From positions 153,078,001 to 153,142,000 of the forward strand of contig NC_082710.1 of NCBI RefSeq assembly GCF_030144855.1: a stretch of DNA of 64,000 bases, given 5' to 3'. The notes under the pieces are model-generated. The model ran no database searches. It saw only the letters and a program-made list of their open reading frames with translations, and was not told the DNA's origin. The position numbers and the translations under genes were made by a program. The first letter of the stretch is position 1. Each line of letters opens with the position of its first letter. This document shows positions 25,650-39,541 of the stretch, one piece after another. This stretch comes from Hypanus sabinus. Its lineage: Eukaryota.

Positions 25650-26900
25650 TTCTTTCCTTTTCAAATCTTTTTATTGCATTATAATCAGTCAAATGAACAT
25701 ATCAATAATAACAATATCAAGAGAACAGGATTACAATAAAAGCTATAACACATACAAACATCAGTTCCAAATATCATATCCAGACATGTCCACCTGATCT
25801 TCTGATAATTGAAGCAGGAAAAAGTTCAAAAGGTCTGTTCAAAAGAAAAAGAAACGAAAATCCCCTGAACTAAGCAATAAACAAAACAAATTAAAACTGG
25901 GCTGCCATAATATGTTAAATATAATTATTCCGTCCTTGACTCCGTTCCTCTTTCCATAAACGGTTAAGTAGTAGGAAAAAGGATTCAAAAAAAGAAAAAA
26001 ATCAACTTAAGTCATATGTATGGAAATATTGAATAAAAGGCTCCCAAGTTTCCTCAAATTTAATCATGCCACTCCAAATTTTTTCTAGGTTTAAACAAAC
26101 TATAGTTTGAAAGAACCATTGAAGTGTAGTAGGGGGATCAAAATCTCTCTATTTAAATAAAATGTATCTTCTGGCCATCAGCGTAACAAATGCTATCAAA
26201 CAGCAGGCTGAAGATGATAAATAACTAGAATCAATCATTGGTAATCCAAAAATTGCTGTAATAGGATGGAGTTGTTTATCAATATGTAAAACTGCTGAAC
26301 GAATATCAAAGATGTCTTTCCAATATTTTTTCAAAAGAGGGCAGGACCAAAACATATGGGTTAAAGAAGCAACCTCAGAGCTACATCTGTCACATGTAGG
26401 GTTTATATGGGAATAAAAATGGGCTAGTTTGTCTTTTGACATATATGCTTAATGAACCACTTTAAGTTGTATTAAAGTATGTCTAGCACACATTGAAGTA
26501 TTAACTAATTTAAGAATCTTTTCCCTTCTTGATGATTTAATATTTTTATCCTCTTACTCATTATCCGTTCCATGTTTTGAACGCTATCTTCCACCTTCTC
26601 AATTCGAGTCTCTGGCACTGCTATTTTTTCATTGACATTGGCGAATTCTGACTTAATATCATGTAGCTGCTGCTTTATATCTCTCTGGACCTCCATTATT
26701 TCTTTCAGAATTTTCATTATATTCGCCGCGTCGCCTGAACGAGGCCCAGCACCCGCCTCGCTAGCATGTGGTTGGGTAGGAGAGCTGCTTGCTGCACATC
26801 TACCGGCCACAGATTCCGCAGTGTCACTTTTTATTTCCATTCTTTTTCCCCATTCTTGCCCCTCTTTTCAGTTCAAATATTTTTTGAAAAATACAATATT
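25650..26900 (-). mobile_element. Internally deleted L1-like element (ORF1 N-terminus joined to ORF2 C-terminus and 3' UTR)
   Basis: ORF 26505..26840 is a coiled-coil ORF1 N-terminus. It abuts the ORF2 C-terminal sequence (LVNTSMCARH..., MSKDKLAHFYSHINPTCDRC; 26149..26442). Confidence 0.75.
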
Positions 26901-27169
26901 TGATGGGTTAATAAGGGTTATTACACCCTCTCAGAAATCTACACCGTCTCAGAAATCCCATTATGATAGTAACCTCCCTGTTTGCTGGAGAAATTGTGGA
27001 AATCAAAATGCAAATGATTATCATATTTTTGGGACTGCTCTGTTATCAAAGACTATTGTAGGAAGATACACAATGCCCTACAAGACATCTTTAAATGTGA
27101 AATACCCTTAGAGAGTAAGACCATATATTTTGGATATATACCTTGATGAACAACTCTGATCGGCAGGAG

Positions 27170-27809
27170 GGTGCAGAGTTGCCCATGTCCCTTCCCCGCC
27201 CCCCCCCCCCCCCGGGAGAATCGCAAACCGTTACTATTTCTATGCTGCTAATGAGAATGAGAGAAAGACACAGATAAAAGGGAAAACATACTGGGACTGG
27301 AACATCTGCTCCAGATAAGGAAGAGATAACACTGGGGGAGAGACGCTTGTTGATCCACCATGTTACTGCTGCTGAGAGACTTATGGCTGCGGAGAGGGCT
27401 GTTTACGTGGTACCATTCTGTTCATTAAAATTCCTCAGTGGACAGCCGGAGTGGGCTGGTTTGATGGACTAAGCCATTCAAAACTGATTAACACTTGAGA
27501 CCCTGTGAGGAGGGATAAAAGTGAGGTCTGGGGAGATACCCCTCAGACGCACTGGGAGACACACCAGTGAGCACTGTTTGAGTGTTGGGACCCACGAGAA
27601 AGTGTGGGGCATCGGAGACCAAATGGATCGGTCAATTTTACTCACAGTGTTATAGCGAGGCCGGTGGGGGCTTGTGTGTGTGTCCACCCTTGCCTGGCTG
27701 ATGAGTCCACCATGGAACGGTCTAGCTACACAACAGAGGGGTCATACCTGAATGGCCACAACAACGACTCAACAGATCAAGAACCTAAAGGAAGGTTTGA
27801 CTGGCTGTC

Positions 27810-27880
<71 letters not shown>

Positions 27881-29575
27881 CCTCTCCCTCCACCTCTCTC
27901 CAAAACCACCAACAACTACCTCAGCCTACATGAACTGAACTGAACTTTATACTTATAAATGACAATTCATTATCCCCTAGACAACGATAGAGCTTATTTA
28001 TATTTGATTATTATTATACCCACACTTTTAGGTTTAGTATTGCTAACGTGTATTATCTGTATATTTGCATTGTTGATATTGTTTTGTATATTTTACTAAT
28101 AAACACTGTTTAAAATAGTACCACCAGACTCCAACGGATTCTTCTATCTTTGCTGGTAAGACACCCAGTTACAGGGTACGTAACAAATTGGGGCCTCGTC
28201 TCGAGATTTGATACCAAATTGGGGGGCCAGTGAATTGGGCTATAAGTCCAGAATTTGATCTGGTTGTGTGGGTAACCAGATGGGAAACCAACAGAGATGG
28301 AAATAGACAAATTATAATGAACCCGACTCCAGGGGCATTGGAGGATGCCCGGAAGGTGGAATTAGTGAGTTTTGCAAAACTATTAAAGCTCTCGGCAGTG
28401 AAATCGTTGATGAGAAAGTGGGAGATACAGAGGGAAATAGCCATATATTATGTATCTGCGGGTGTGTTCCAAAGGGATGCATTGGAATTGCTTCCTGAGA
28501 TGAAACCAGCCGACAGTGAGGTTCAGTTAGAGAGAGAAATTAAGGTTGGCTGAGAAGGAGGAGAGGCAGCATGCCCTTCGGATGAGGCAGTTGGAAGCAG
28601 AGGAGGAGGAAAAGGAAGCTTAAAGGTGGATGGAGGAGGAAGAGAGACAACGGCAGCTTGAGAGGGAGAAATGCAACATGTGGGTAGCGGGGCAGACCGA
28701 GAGGAGAAGTTTAATGTTAGTAGGGAGTTTAGGTTAGTACCTCCATTCGAGGAGACAGATGTTGATAGTTACTTGCATTTTGAAAAGGTGGCAGTGAATC
28801 AGAAGTGGCCCAGAGATCAGTGGGTGGTGTTGCTACAAAGTGTGTTAAGAGGGAAGGCTCAGCAGGCATATGCGGCGTTGTCCGAAGACGATTCTCAGGA
28901 TTATGGGGAAGTAAAGCAGGCTATCCTTCGGGCCTATGAGTTGGTCCCTGAAGCATATAGACAAAAGTTCAGAGATTTAAAGAAACTGAGGAATCAGACG
29001 TATGAAGAGTTTGCCTATGAGAAGGGTGTGCTCTTGGATCGTTGGTGTGCTGCAGAGAGGGTGGAGGAGGATTTCCATCGTTTCAGAGAGTTAATTCTGA
29101 TTGAGGAATTTAAAGGTTGTGTTTCGGATAATATCCGGACATATTTGAACGAGAAGATGAATAAGTCTATATCGGAATTTGCCAAGTTAGCAGGTGAATA
29201 TTCCCTAACCCACAAGACAAAGTTTTCCTCAAATAAGAGTTACCAGAAAGACCCTAGGGATGGCGGGGAAAGCCCGCCGGCTAAGGTAGAGAATAAGCCT
29301 GGAGCTGGTGGTAAAGGTAAGGAGGAGGACAAGCAGGCTGGCAGGAGGGTTCCTGGCCTGACCTGTTTTAATTTTGGACAGGTTGGTCATATTGCAACTA
29401 AGTGCTTTGGTCCGAAGAAGGAGACAGGAAAAGGGAAAGTAGCAGTCCCTACAGGTTGTATTGAGTCGATCAGCAAATTGACAAGAAAGGCAAAGGTAGA
29501 TCATATACAAGAGGGGCGTGAGAAATTTATTTCAGAAGGGACAGTGTCTGTGAAAGAGGGAGAAACCCCTGTAAT
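27170..29575 (+). mobile_element. Truncated Gypsy-type LTR retrotransposon: 5' LTR (ends 28185), tRNA-Pro-like PBS, gag with degenerate zinc knuckle
   Basis: The LTR ends ...gtacgtaaca, followed by aattggggcctcgtctcgagat, similar to the tRNA-Pro PBS TGGGGGCTCGTCCGGGAT. Gag ORFs 28230..28553 and 28671..29657 (AYELVPEAYRQKFR, CFNFGQVGHIATKC). The LTR 5' boundary is uncertain and pol is absent. Confidence 0.85.
27813..27877. repeat. (CT)n microsatellite within the Gypsy LTR
   Basis: About 32 uninterrupted TC units. Confidence 0.98.
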
Positions 29576-29869
29576 GGCTAACACGAGAGGGCACATTTTT
29601 AAGATGCTTGGAAGTAGGTACAGAGATGATGTTAGGGGCAAAGTTTTTATACAGTGAGTGGTGAGTGCATGGATGCAATCTGCCAGTGACAGTGGTGGAG
29701 TCGGATATGATAGGGTCTTTTGAGAGACTCCTGGATAGCTACATGGAGCTTAGAAAAACAGAGGGCTATGAGTAACTCTAGGTCATTTCTAAAGGAAGTA
29801 CATGTTCGGCAAAGCATTGTGGGCTGAAGGGTCTGTGCTGTGTGCTGTGCTACAGGTTTTCTATGTTTC

Positions 29870-30420
29870 ATTATGCCTCAATCTTGGTGTAATGCACAAA
29901 TTTGCTGATCCAGTTTACCATGTTATCATCCAAATTATTAATACAGATGTCAAAAAGCAACAGACCCAACACTATGGCATGACACTGGTCACAGGCCTCC
30001 AGTCAGAAAGGAAACCATATCATTCTCTCATTTCTCCAATTCCAATGTTGAATCCAATTTGCTACTTCATCCTGAATGCCAGGTGATTAAACCTCTTTGA
30101 CCAGCCTCTCTTGCAGGACTTTGTCAAATGCGTTACTGAAGTCTATGTCAGCAATGTCCACTGCCTTTTCCTCAAGAACATTCCTAGTAATATCCCTGAA
30201 TCCTTTGTAAGCTTGGTTAGACACAACTTACCATGAACAAATCCATGGTGACTCTCTCTAATCAGGCCATGTCTATACATATACTTATATATCATGTCCC
30301 TTATAATACCTTCCAAAAGATTACCAACTGATGACTTCAGATCACTGACCTTTAATTTTGCTACTTATTATTAGTCTTGCTTAAATAATCAAACAACATT
30401 CGCTATCCTTCAGTCCTTCT
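29870..30420 (-). mobile_element. Degraded CR1 RT fragment
   Basis: Antisense sequence is homologous to the CR1 copy at 16.5-17.1 kb (gtttaccatgttatc, ggactttgtcaaatgc). Confidence 0.65.
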
Positions 30421-30499
30421 GCACTTCACCTGTGCTTAAGTACATTTTAAATACCTTAACCAGTGTTCTTATAATTTCTGCACCTGACTCCCAAAAAGT

Positions 30500-32345
30500 C
30501 TGGCAGGGTCCAGATAAAGGATCTTGGCCTGAACTGTTTACTCTTTTCCATAGATGCTGCCTGGCCTGTTGACTTACTCCAGCATTTTGTGTGTGTTGTT
30601 TTGAATACAAACTCTGCTTTAATACACACAAAATGCTGGGGGAAGTGAGCAGTCTAGGCAGCATCAGTGGAAAGGAATAAACAGTCAAAGGTTTGGGCTG
30701 AGACCTTTTATTGGGTTTGGGGAAAAAACATGAGAAGTTAAAGTAAGAAAGTGTGGGGAGGGGAGGAAAATGTGCAAGGTGGTAGGTGATGGGTGAAACT
30801 GGGAGAGGGGAATGGGAGCAAAGTAAGGAACTTGGAAGTTGATTGGTGAAAGAGATCAAAGGCAGATGGAGGGTGAATCTGTTAGAAAAAGACCATGAAA
30901 GAAAGGGATGGAGGAGGAGCACCAGAGGCAGATGATGGGCAGGTAAGGATAAAGGTGAGAGAGGATAACAGGAATGGTGAATGATGAAGGGCGGGGGCAA
31001 TTACTGGGTTTGAGAAATCGCTGTTCATTCCATCAGATTGGAAGCTACCCAAATGGAATATAAGGTGTTGATGCTCCAACCTCAACACAGTAGTAGAGAA
31101 GGCCATGGCTAACATGTTGGAATGGGTATGGTAAGTAGAATTGAAGTAGGTGACCTCCGGGAGATCCCGTTTTTCTGGCAGATGGTATGTAGGTGACGTG
31201 GTCTCCCAATCTACATCGGGTCTCGCCAATATACAGGAAGCCACACTGGGAGAATCAACAGTAGATGATCCGAACAGGCTCATAGAAAAGTGTCACCTCA
31301 CCTGTAAAGACTGTTTGGGGCCTTAAATGGTAGTGAGGGAGAAGATGTAGCAGCAGGTGAGGCACTTGTTCCACTTGCAAGGACAAACGGGAATAACAGT
31401 GGGGAGGGACAAGTGGACAAGGGAGTGGCATAGTGTACAATTCCTCTGGAAAGCAGATAGTGCGGGGGGGGAGGAAAAGATGTGCTTGGTGGGTGGAATC
31501 CCATTGGAGATGGCAGAAGTTACAGAGAATTATATGCTGAATGTGAAGGCTGGTGGGGTGGTTGATGAGGAAAAGCAGAACCCTATCCATGGTAGGTTGG
31601 CAGATGGATGACCAGACATGAGCAAAATGGTAGAGATGTGGGTGAGGACAGTGTAGGTAATGGAGGAAGGGAAGAAGGAGGATATCTCATAAGTTCTGGA
31701 GTGAAAACTCTCATCCTGAGAGGAGATGAAATAGAGACAGTGGAACTGAGAGGAGATGGCACTTATACAGTGATAGGGTGGGAAGAGGTATTGTCCAGGC
31801 AGCTGTGAAAATTAGTGGGTTAATAAAAGACATTGGCGGATAAACTGTCTCCAGAGATAGAGATGGAGAAAAGGGTGGTTGGTGTCGGAAATGGACCAAG
31901 TAAATTTGAAGGCAGGCTGAAAGCTGCAGACAAAGTTGATGAAGCTGACGAGCTCAGCGTGGGTGCAGAAGACAGCACTAATGCAGTTGTCAATTTAGTG
32001 TAGGAAGATTTGTGGAGAAGAGCTGGTATAGGCTTGGAAAATGGGCTGTTCCATGAAGGTGACAAAAAGGCAGGCATAGCTGGGACCCATACAAGTACCC
32101 ATAGCTACAGCTTTGGTTTGAAGGAAGTGGGAGGAGCAAAAGGAGAAATTAATGAGAGTGAAGACCATTTCCACCATACAGAGGAAGCTGGTTGGGTCTG
32201 TTGTCAAGAAAGAAATGGAAAGCTGCAAGTCCCACCAGATTGGGGGTGGAAGCACAAAGAAAGAGAGGGAAAGAACTGGTTTCACTTTCAATAATTTCTT
32301 CTTTGGCTCCTCACTATGCTCTCTCCCTTTCTTGCACTTTGCACT
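30500..32345 (-). mobile_element. Penelope-like retroelement, degraded
   Basis: ORFs 31995..32291 (QTKAVAMGTCMGPSYACLF, PLE RT) and 31255..31590, homologous to the plus-strand copy at 13.8-15.6 kb. Confidence 0.8.
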
Positions 32346-33129
32346 GTCCTGATTTGTGGGAGTACTGTGTGCAGTTCTACACTACAGCAAGTGTTTGATA
32401 GTACTGTAGAGGTGAGATAAGATTCACCAGGGGAGTTTCAGTTACGAGGAGAAACATAAGAGGCACTTTCTGTTTCCGTTGGACAGGGGAGATTGACAGA
32501 AGACAGGATCCAGGTTTGTAAAGCTATTGTGGGATAGAGTGTATAGATTGCAGGATGCTACTTCTCATATCAACTATCTCCTGCATTCCTGTTGTGGCTC
32601 AGTCTTGCTGTAAGTAATGCAGGTGGGTCTGAACACAATTGCAGATTGCAGGCAGAGAGAGCAACAGTGTTAGTCAACTGACTACAAGTTTTACTTCAAC
32701 AGTCAAAAGCACTCAGCACAACTGTCTTGCCACATTCACTTGTTCAGATTCCAAATAAAATACACAGGTAATTTCAGTGTACTCAGAGAATATAACAAAA
32801 AAGGTGTCAGATAAGCTGTCTCACAAGATACAAGCCTTTAGGAGGAAATCAGGCAAGTCTGGCCACAAAATAAAGGGGTTATTTCCATAGGCTAGATCCC
32901 AGGTAAGTCCTTTCACAGGATGGACACAGGTAAATAAATCCACAGTGAATGACAAACTCTAGCAGTTGATTCTAACAAGCAGAGCAAGTATCAAGACTGA
33001 GCTACTGATAGATGCAGCCACCAGCCTTAACACCTCAGCCAGTTTCAGGTGTGTCTCATAAATCCAACAGAGACTCCTCCCAACGATTAGGAGTGAAGAT
33101 CTCCCCCCCCCCCCCAGACAGATGACATC

Positions 33130-34130
33130 ATTGCTCTTGGAGGTGTCGGCGTGCTTCGGGTGTTACAGTGGGTCCAGGTTCCAGCTGAGACTGGAGTTGT
33201 TGTAGACATAATCACCCTCTCAAAGCATTTCATCACCGTAGATGTAAGCGCTACTGGATGATAAGGCTGCTCATCCTGCACATCTTGGGCACTGGTATGA
33301 TTGTTGCCCTTTTGAAGCAGGTAGGAATTCCCAACTGCAGTTATGAGAGATTGAAAACATCTTTGAACATACTTGCCAATTAGTTGGTGCAGATTTTCAG
33401 AGCCCTCTCAGGTACTCATCAGAGCCTGTCAACTTGCAAGGGTTCTCCCTCTTGACAGACAGTCTGATGTCAGTCTCCAAAACAGAGATCACAGGGTCAC
33501 TGGGTGCTGCAGGGTTCCTCATAGCTGTAGTTTTATTGTCCCTTTCAAAGTGTGCTTAAAAGGCATTGTGCTCACCTGGGAGTGAAGGGTGTGCTGTTTC
33601 ATATCTGCTTATTGCATCGCTCAATTTGTCTGTGGCTGTTTCACACTGGCCTGAGGTGGTTTGTAAACCAGTACATCTCACCTCACATTAGCTGAAACTC
33701 ACGCAGCAGATAAAATGGTCGCTAGATGTTCTAGCCCAGGTGAGCAGGACTGGGACAGCACCACCACATTTGTACAGCACAAAGAGTTGATCATAAATTA
33801 TTCACCACCTCCTTTGCCTTTGACTCAGTCCTGCCTTGGTGGAGAATTGTGAAATCATCGACCTTTATCATTACGTCCTCAATGGCAGAGGATGTCCAAG
33901 TCTCTGTAAAACAAACAACACCACAGCTCTTAATGTGCCACTGGTACAGCAATCTTGCACTGAGATCTTCAATTTTATTTACCAGAGACTTTACACTTGA
34001 CAGCAGTAAATGGGAATACTTGATGATTTCCATCGAGCTGTTCGCAGGAGACGCTTTTTTCATGGCACCCCAGCCAATGATTTCCTCAGAGACTTTTAGG
34101 CCCAGCAGTCATCATCTCCTGCTTTAATGA
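33130..34130 (-). mobile_element. Rex1/L2-like LINE fragments (endonuclease and RT)
   Basis: CGVVCFTETW (APE; 33791..34063) and YHPVALTSTVMKCFER (33087..33281). Confidence 0.75.
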
Positions 34131-34399
34131 CATTCATTTCATTAAGAATGTAACTGTTTGCTAATGATTTTGCAGTGCTTGGAGTGGTAGAGACTGAGTC
34201 AAGTCAAGTCACTTTTTATTCTCATTTTGACCATAAGTGCTGGTACAGTACGCAGTAAAAATGAGGCACCATTTTTCAGGACATGGTGCTACATGAACAT
34301 TACAAAAACTACACTGAACTACGTAAACCAACACAAAAACTACACTAGAATAGGTGATCTCATTGAGATTTCAAAGATCAAAAGCTCATAGTAAATATT

Positions 34400-35456
34400 A
34401 TTTTTAAAGTACATATATATAACCATCTACAAATAACCCTGAGATTCATTGTCCTGCAGGAGTATTCGTCAAATCTATAGAATAGTAACTGCAACAGGAT
34501 TGGTGAAAGATCAACAGACTGCAGAAAACTACAAACTGTTCAAAAGCAAATACAAATAAATAATGAGAACATGAGATAACAAGATAAAGGGTCCTTAAAG
34601 TGAGATCATTAGTTGTGGGAACATCTCAATGGATGGGCATGGGATTACAGGTATCCCTTTTGTTCAAGAGTCTGGTGGTTGAGGTGTAGTAGCTGATCTT
34701 GAACCTTGTGGTGCATGTCCTGAGGCTCTTGTACCTTCTCCCTGACAGCAGCAAAAAAGAGCATGGGTGATGGTGATCTTTGTTGGCTAATGCTTTCCTT
34801 CGACAGCATTTCATGTAGATGTGCTCAATGGTTGGGAGGCCTTTACCCTTGATGTACTGGGCTGAATCCACTATGATTTGGATGATTTTCTGTTCAACAG
34901 CATTGGTATTTTTATACAAGGCTATGATGCAGCCAGTCAATAACTGTCAACTACACATCTATTGAAGTTTGTTAAAGGTTTAGATGACATGTCAAATCTT
35001 CACAGACTCCTTAGGAAGTAGAGGGGTTGCTGTGCTTATTTCACAATTGCACTTACGTGCTGAGTCCAGGACAGATCCTCTAAAATAGCTACACCCAGGA
35101 ATTTAAAGTTGCTAATCCTCTCATGTGGACTGGCTCATGGACTTCTGGCTTCCCTCTTCTGATACCTTCAATCAGTTCCTTGGTCTGGCTGACAATGAGA
35201 GAGAGGTTGTTGTTATGATACCACTCAGCCAAATTTTTAGTCTCCCTCCTGTATGCTAATACTTCACCACCTTTGATGCAGCCCTCAACAGTGGTATCTT
35301 CAGCAAATTTGAATATATCATTGGATCTGTACTTAGCCTCACAGTCATAGGTGTACAGTGAGTACTGCAGGGGACTCAGCACAGAGCCCTGTGATGCACC
35401 TCTGCTGATGAAGATTATGGAAGAGATTGTGTTGCTTATCTGAACTGACTGGGGTC
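34400..35456 (-). mobile_element. Rex1/Babar-like LINE, left part (continues at ~35961-35984 and ~40503-41020)
   Basis: GASQGSVLSPLQYSLYTYDC...KFAEDTTV (35089..35595). The upstream RT part, IIDYSSAF..IPSKLINKLQDLGL, resumes at 40442..40675. Confidence 0.8.
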
Positions 35457-35960
35457 TGTCAGGATGCTGAAGCAGAGTCCCAATTGCAGACCCAGTACTG
35501 TACAGACTGCGATATTTATTGAGTAACAAATCCAGAGGGGCAACAAATTCAGCATCAAAGTTCAGGTGGGTATCAAAAAATCCAGAGAAATCCAAAAATC
35601 AGAATCGGGAAACAGACAGTCAATACTCAGAAGGACAGAGTTTAGATATGAATGCTGGAAAGGCTCAGGAAAGCTGACTGGCACAATCTGGCAAAACACA
35701 GGACTAAAATACACTGAGCAATAAACAGAGAGGCAGATGATAGGTGGAACACAATGAGACACAAGTGGCAGTAATAATGAGAAACCGGTGAGGGGCAGAG
35801 TAATCAGTGATACAGGGGCCAGAGTAGATCAAGAGCAGGAACAGGGACAGGAGCATATGGGACATGAAAACAAACAAGAGCACTAGGCGTTAGTAAAACA
35901 CAGAATGACGGCTAGGGGAAAAATACAAAAAAAAATTGAGTTCAACTGGAGGTACTGACA
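35457..35960. mobile_element. Probable solo LTR inserted in the Rex1/Babar element
   Basis: Begins tgtcag and ends ctgaca (inverted termini TG...CA). Flanks gggtc / gggatc resemble a TSD. The host LINE sequence resumes on both sides. Confidence 0.55.
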
Positions 35961-35984
35961 GGGATCTATGAGAAAAGAAACACT

Positions 35985-38900
35985 TGAAATTTATGGATAC
36001 AGCTTCTAATGCTAGACAATGGCGATTTGACTCTACCTTGTTGCAAGACTCTGACTTTATAAAATTTATGGAGGAGCAGATCGACTTCTTCTTTTCAACT
36101 AATTCTACAGATGATATTTCCTGCAGAACACTTTGGGACACTTTTAAAGCGTATATACGTGGACAGATTATTTCTTATTCTGTTGGTTTGAGGAAACGTA
36201 CTAAGATGGAAACTCTTTTATTGGTTGATAAAATTAAAGAGATTGATAAGAAATATTCGATTGCTCCTAGTAAGGAGTTTTACGAACAAAGGGTTGAACT
36301 TCAAATGGAACATAGTTTATTACTTACATCGTCGATTGAAAATCAATTAATGAAAACTAAATCTGATTTTTATATACATAGTGATAAATCTGGTAAACTG
36401 TTAGCTAGTCAATTGAAGAATGTTTTGGTTAAACGTCAAATCACTAAGATTGGTCAGCAGAATGGGAATCTGACAGTTAATCATGATGAGATAAATAAGG
36501 CATTTCAAGACTTCTATACCTCCCTGGATCAATCTGAATTTCCTCAAGATCATAATACCAAGTCTGATTTTCTTGGGAAATTAAATTTTCCAAGATTATC
36601 ATCTGATGATCTTTTGATATTGGATACTCCTATTATGGATGTAGAAATTAAAGGGGCTATTTCCTCAATGAATTCTGGGAAAGCACCGGGTCCAGATGGT
36701 TATACAGTTGAATTTTTTAAATTTTTTTCCGCTACTCTTTCCCCTTGGTTAGGTAAGGTTTTTGAGGAAGCCATTAGATTGGGGAATTTGCCACAATCTT
36801 TTTATAGAGATTCCATTTCTCTAATATTGAAGAAAGATAAAGACCCTACTAACTGTGCTTCTTATAGACCTATATCTTTATTGAATGTAGACTCCAAGAT
36901 TTTTTCCAAGTTACTGGCATCTAGATTGGAGAAGGTATTACCCAAAATTATTTCAGATGATCAAACCGGTTTTATTAAAAATCGTTATTCTTTTTTAACA
37001 TTAGGAGATTGTTGAATATTGTTTATACTCCCTCACATGACACTTCAGAATGCGTGATTTCATTAGATGCAGAGAAAGCATTTGATAGAGTTGAATGGCC
37101 TTACTTATTTAATGTGTTGGAGAAGTTTAATTTTAGTCTGATATTTATATCATGGATTAAATTGATTTATCATACTCCAGTAGCCTCAGTGTTTACCAAT
37201 AATCAAAGATCTCCCTTTTTTCGCCTATTTCGGGGCACTAGACAAGGATGTCCTCTTAGTCCATTACTATTTAACTTTGCCTTAGAACCTTTGGCAATTG
37301 CCATCAGACAATCACAGGATATTTTGGGTATTAATCGTGGGACAGATATTCATAAGTTATCTTTGTATGCAGATGGTTTATTACTATTCATTTCTAACCT
37401 GGAGAAATCCATTCCAGCAGTTTTATCATTATTGGCTCAGTTTAGTGAGTTTTCTGGGTATAAGTTAAAATCTTAATAAAAGTTAATTGTTTCCTTTGAA
37501 TAAACGGGTCCCAATTTATGGAAATTTACCTTTTAAATTAGTTAATCACTCTTTTACTTATTTAGGGATCAAAATCACAAAAAACCATAAAGATTTATTT
37601 AGATTTAATTTTTTACCCTTAATTGATCAGATTAAAGGTTTGTTTACTAAGTGGTCACCTTTATCTTTATCCCTAATAGGTAGGATTAATGCTATTAAGA
37701 TGGTTATTTTACCTAAGTTTTTATATATTTTTCAAGCGATACCAATTTTTATCCCGAAATCTTTTTTTACTAATGTTGACTCTAAAATTTCTTCATATAT
37801 ATGGCAGAATAAAAATCCCAGGTTAGGTAAAACATATTTACAGAAGACAAAAAAGGAAGGCGAGTTAGCATTACCTAATTTCAGATTTTACTATTGGGCA
37901 GTTAATATTAGATATTTGTTATGTTGGCTGAAAGATGAGGGTGGATCTTTTGGCCCTTGTTGGCTGAGTTTAGAAACTAAATCAGTATCAGCTTATGCTC
38001 TGGGTTCTATTTTAGGGACTTCTCTCCCTTTAGCTCTTTCTAAATTGTCAAAACGAATTGACAACCCGATAGTTAAACATACTTTGCGTATATGGTTTCA
38101 ATTTCGGAGATTTTTTTGGGTTGACTCAATTCGTTTTAAATAGTCCTATTGTATCTAATTGTTTTTTTCACCCTTCCATTATAGATCAAGTGTATTCGGC
38201 TTGGAAAACTAAGGGATTACTAAGATTTTCTGATTTATTTTTAGATAATTGTTTCATGTCTTTTGAGCAATTATCCAACAAATATAACTTGCCTAGATTT
38301 CATTTTTTTAGATATTTACAGATTAGACATTTTTTTAAGTTCTGTACTCTCTACGTTTCCAAATTTTGTGCCTTCAGATATTTTGGAGAGTTTATTTGAA
38401 TTAGACCCTTTTCAAAAAGGGCTTATTTCAAAACTTTATAATATAATTATGAAGATACATTCAGAGCCTCTTTATAAGACTAAAAAGGATTGGGAAAGAG
38501 AGCTTAGTCTTAGTATTTCTAGTGAGAATTGGGATAGAATTCTTCAATTAGTTAATACATCATCGTTATGTGCCAAACATTCACTAATACAATTTAAGGT
38601 CGTACATAGGGCCCATATGTCCAAGGATAAATTAGCTCATTTTCACTCTCATATTAGTCCTATTTGTGATAGATGTCATTCTGAAATTGCGACTTTAACT
38701 CATATGTTTTGGTCTTGTTCATTTTTGGAGAAATATTGGAAAGATATTTTTGATATTATTTCTGCGGTTTTGAATATCGATTTACAACCTCATCCTATTA
38801 CCGCAATTTTTGGTTTACCAATCTTAGACTCACTGCATTTATCTTCTTCTGCCCGTCGAACAATTGCATTTCTAACTCTGATGGCTAGAAGATCTATACT

Positions 38901-39494
38901 GTTGAATTGGAAAGAAATTAATCCTCCCACTGTATTTAATTGGTTCTCCCAAACTATGTTATGTTTAAATTTAGAAAAAATTAGAAGTGGTACTTTTGAG
39001 ACTTCTATTAAATTTGAAAAGTTATGGAGACCATTTATTCAACATTTTCATATGATGTAATATGACCCTGTGCCAAGTTCATTTGATTTCCCAGCTTTTA
39101 GCTTATAGATTTTGAGAGGACCGGAAGTGACGGCATTGATGAATACTTATTTTTGTGAGATATTATAAACAGCCCCCTTTTTTTTCTCTTTTTTGCTTCT
39201 TTTTTCTTCTATATTAGTTATTAGTTATTAGATTAGATTAGCTAGTTTGGCATTATATTTTTTTTGTTTCTTTTGTTCTTTCTTTTTTCTGTTTTCTTTA
39301 TATCATATATTATGAAATATTTAGACTTACTATGTTCATACATATATTTTATGGCTTATGTTTTGGTAAACTCATTTATATTGTAACTATTATGTATGTT
39401 TTTTTCATATTTAATGGAATTTATATGTTGGTAATTTCTTTATCAATATATCATTTGTATTCAGTACATATTACTAATATTAATAAAAAGATTT

Positions 39495-39540
<46 letters not shown>
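35985..39540 (+). mobile_element. 5'-truncated L1-like LINE (ORF2 fragments) with (GAAA)n tail
   Basis: ORFs 35984..37015, 37009..37476, 37487..38143 and 38263..39060 (RT and C-terminal CDRC motif). The composite to 40502 is flanked by gagaaaaga(a/t)acact at 35970-35984 and 40503-40517. Confidence 0.95.
39496..39540 (+). repeat. (GAAA)n microsatellite tail of L1
   Basis: About 11 GAAA units directly after aataaaaagattta. Confidence 0.95.
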
Positions 39541-39541
<1 letters not shown>

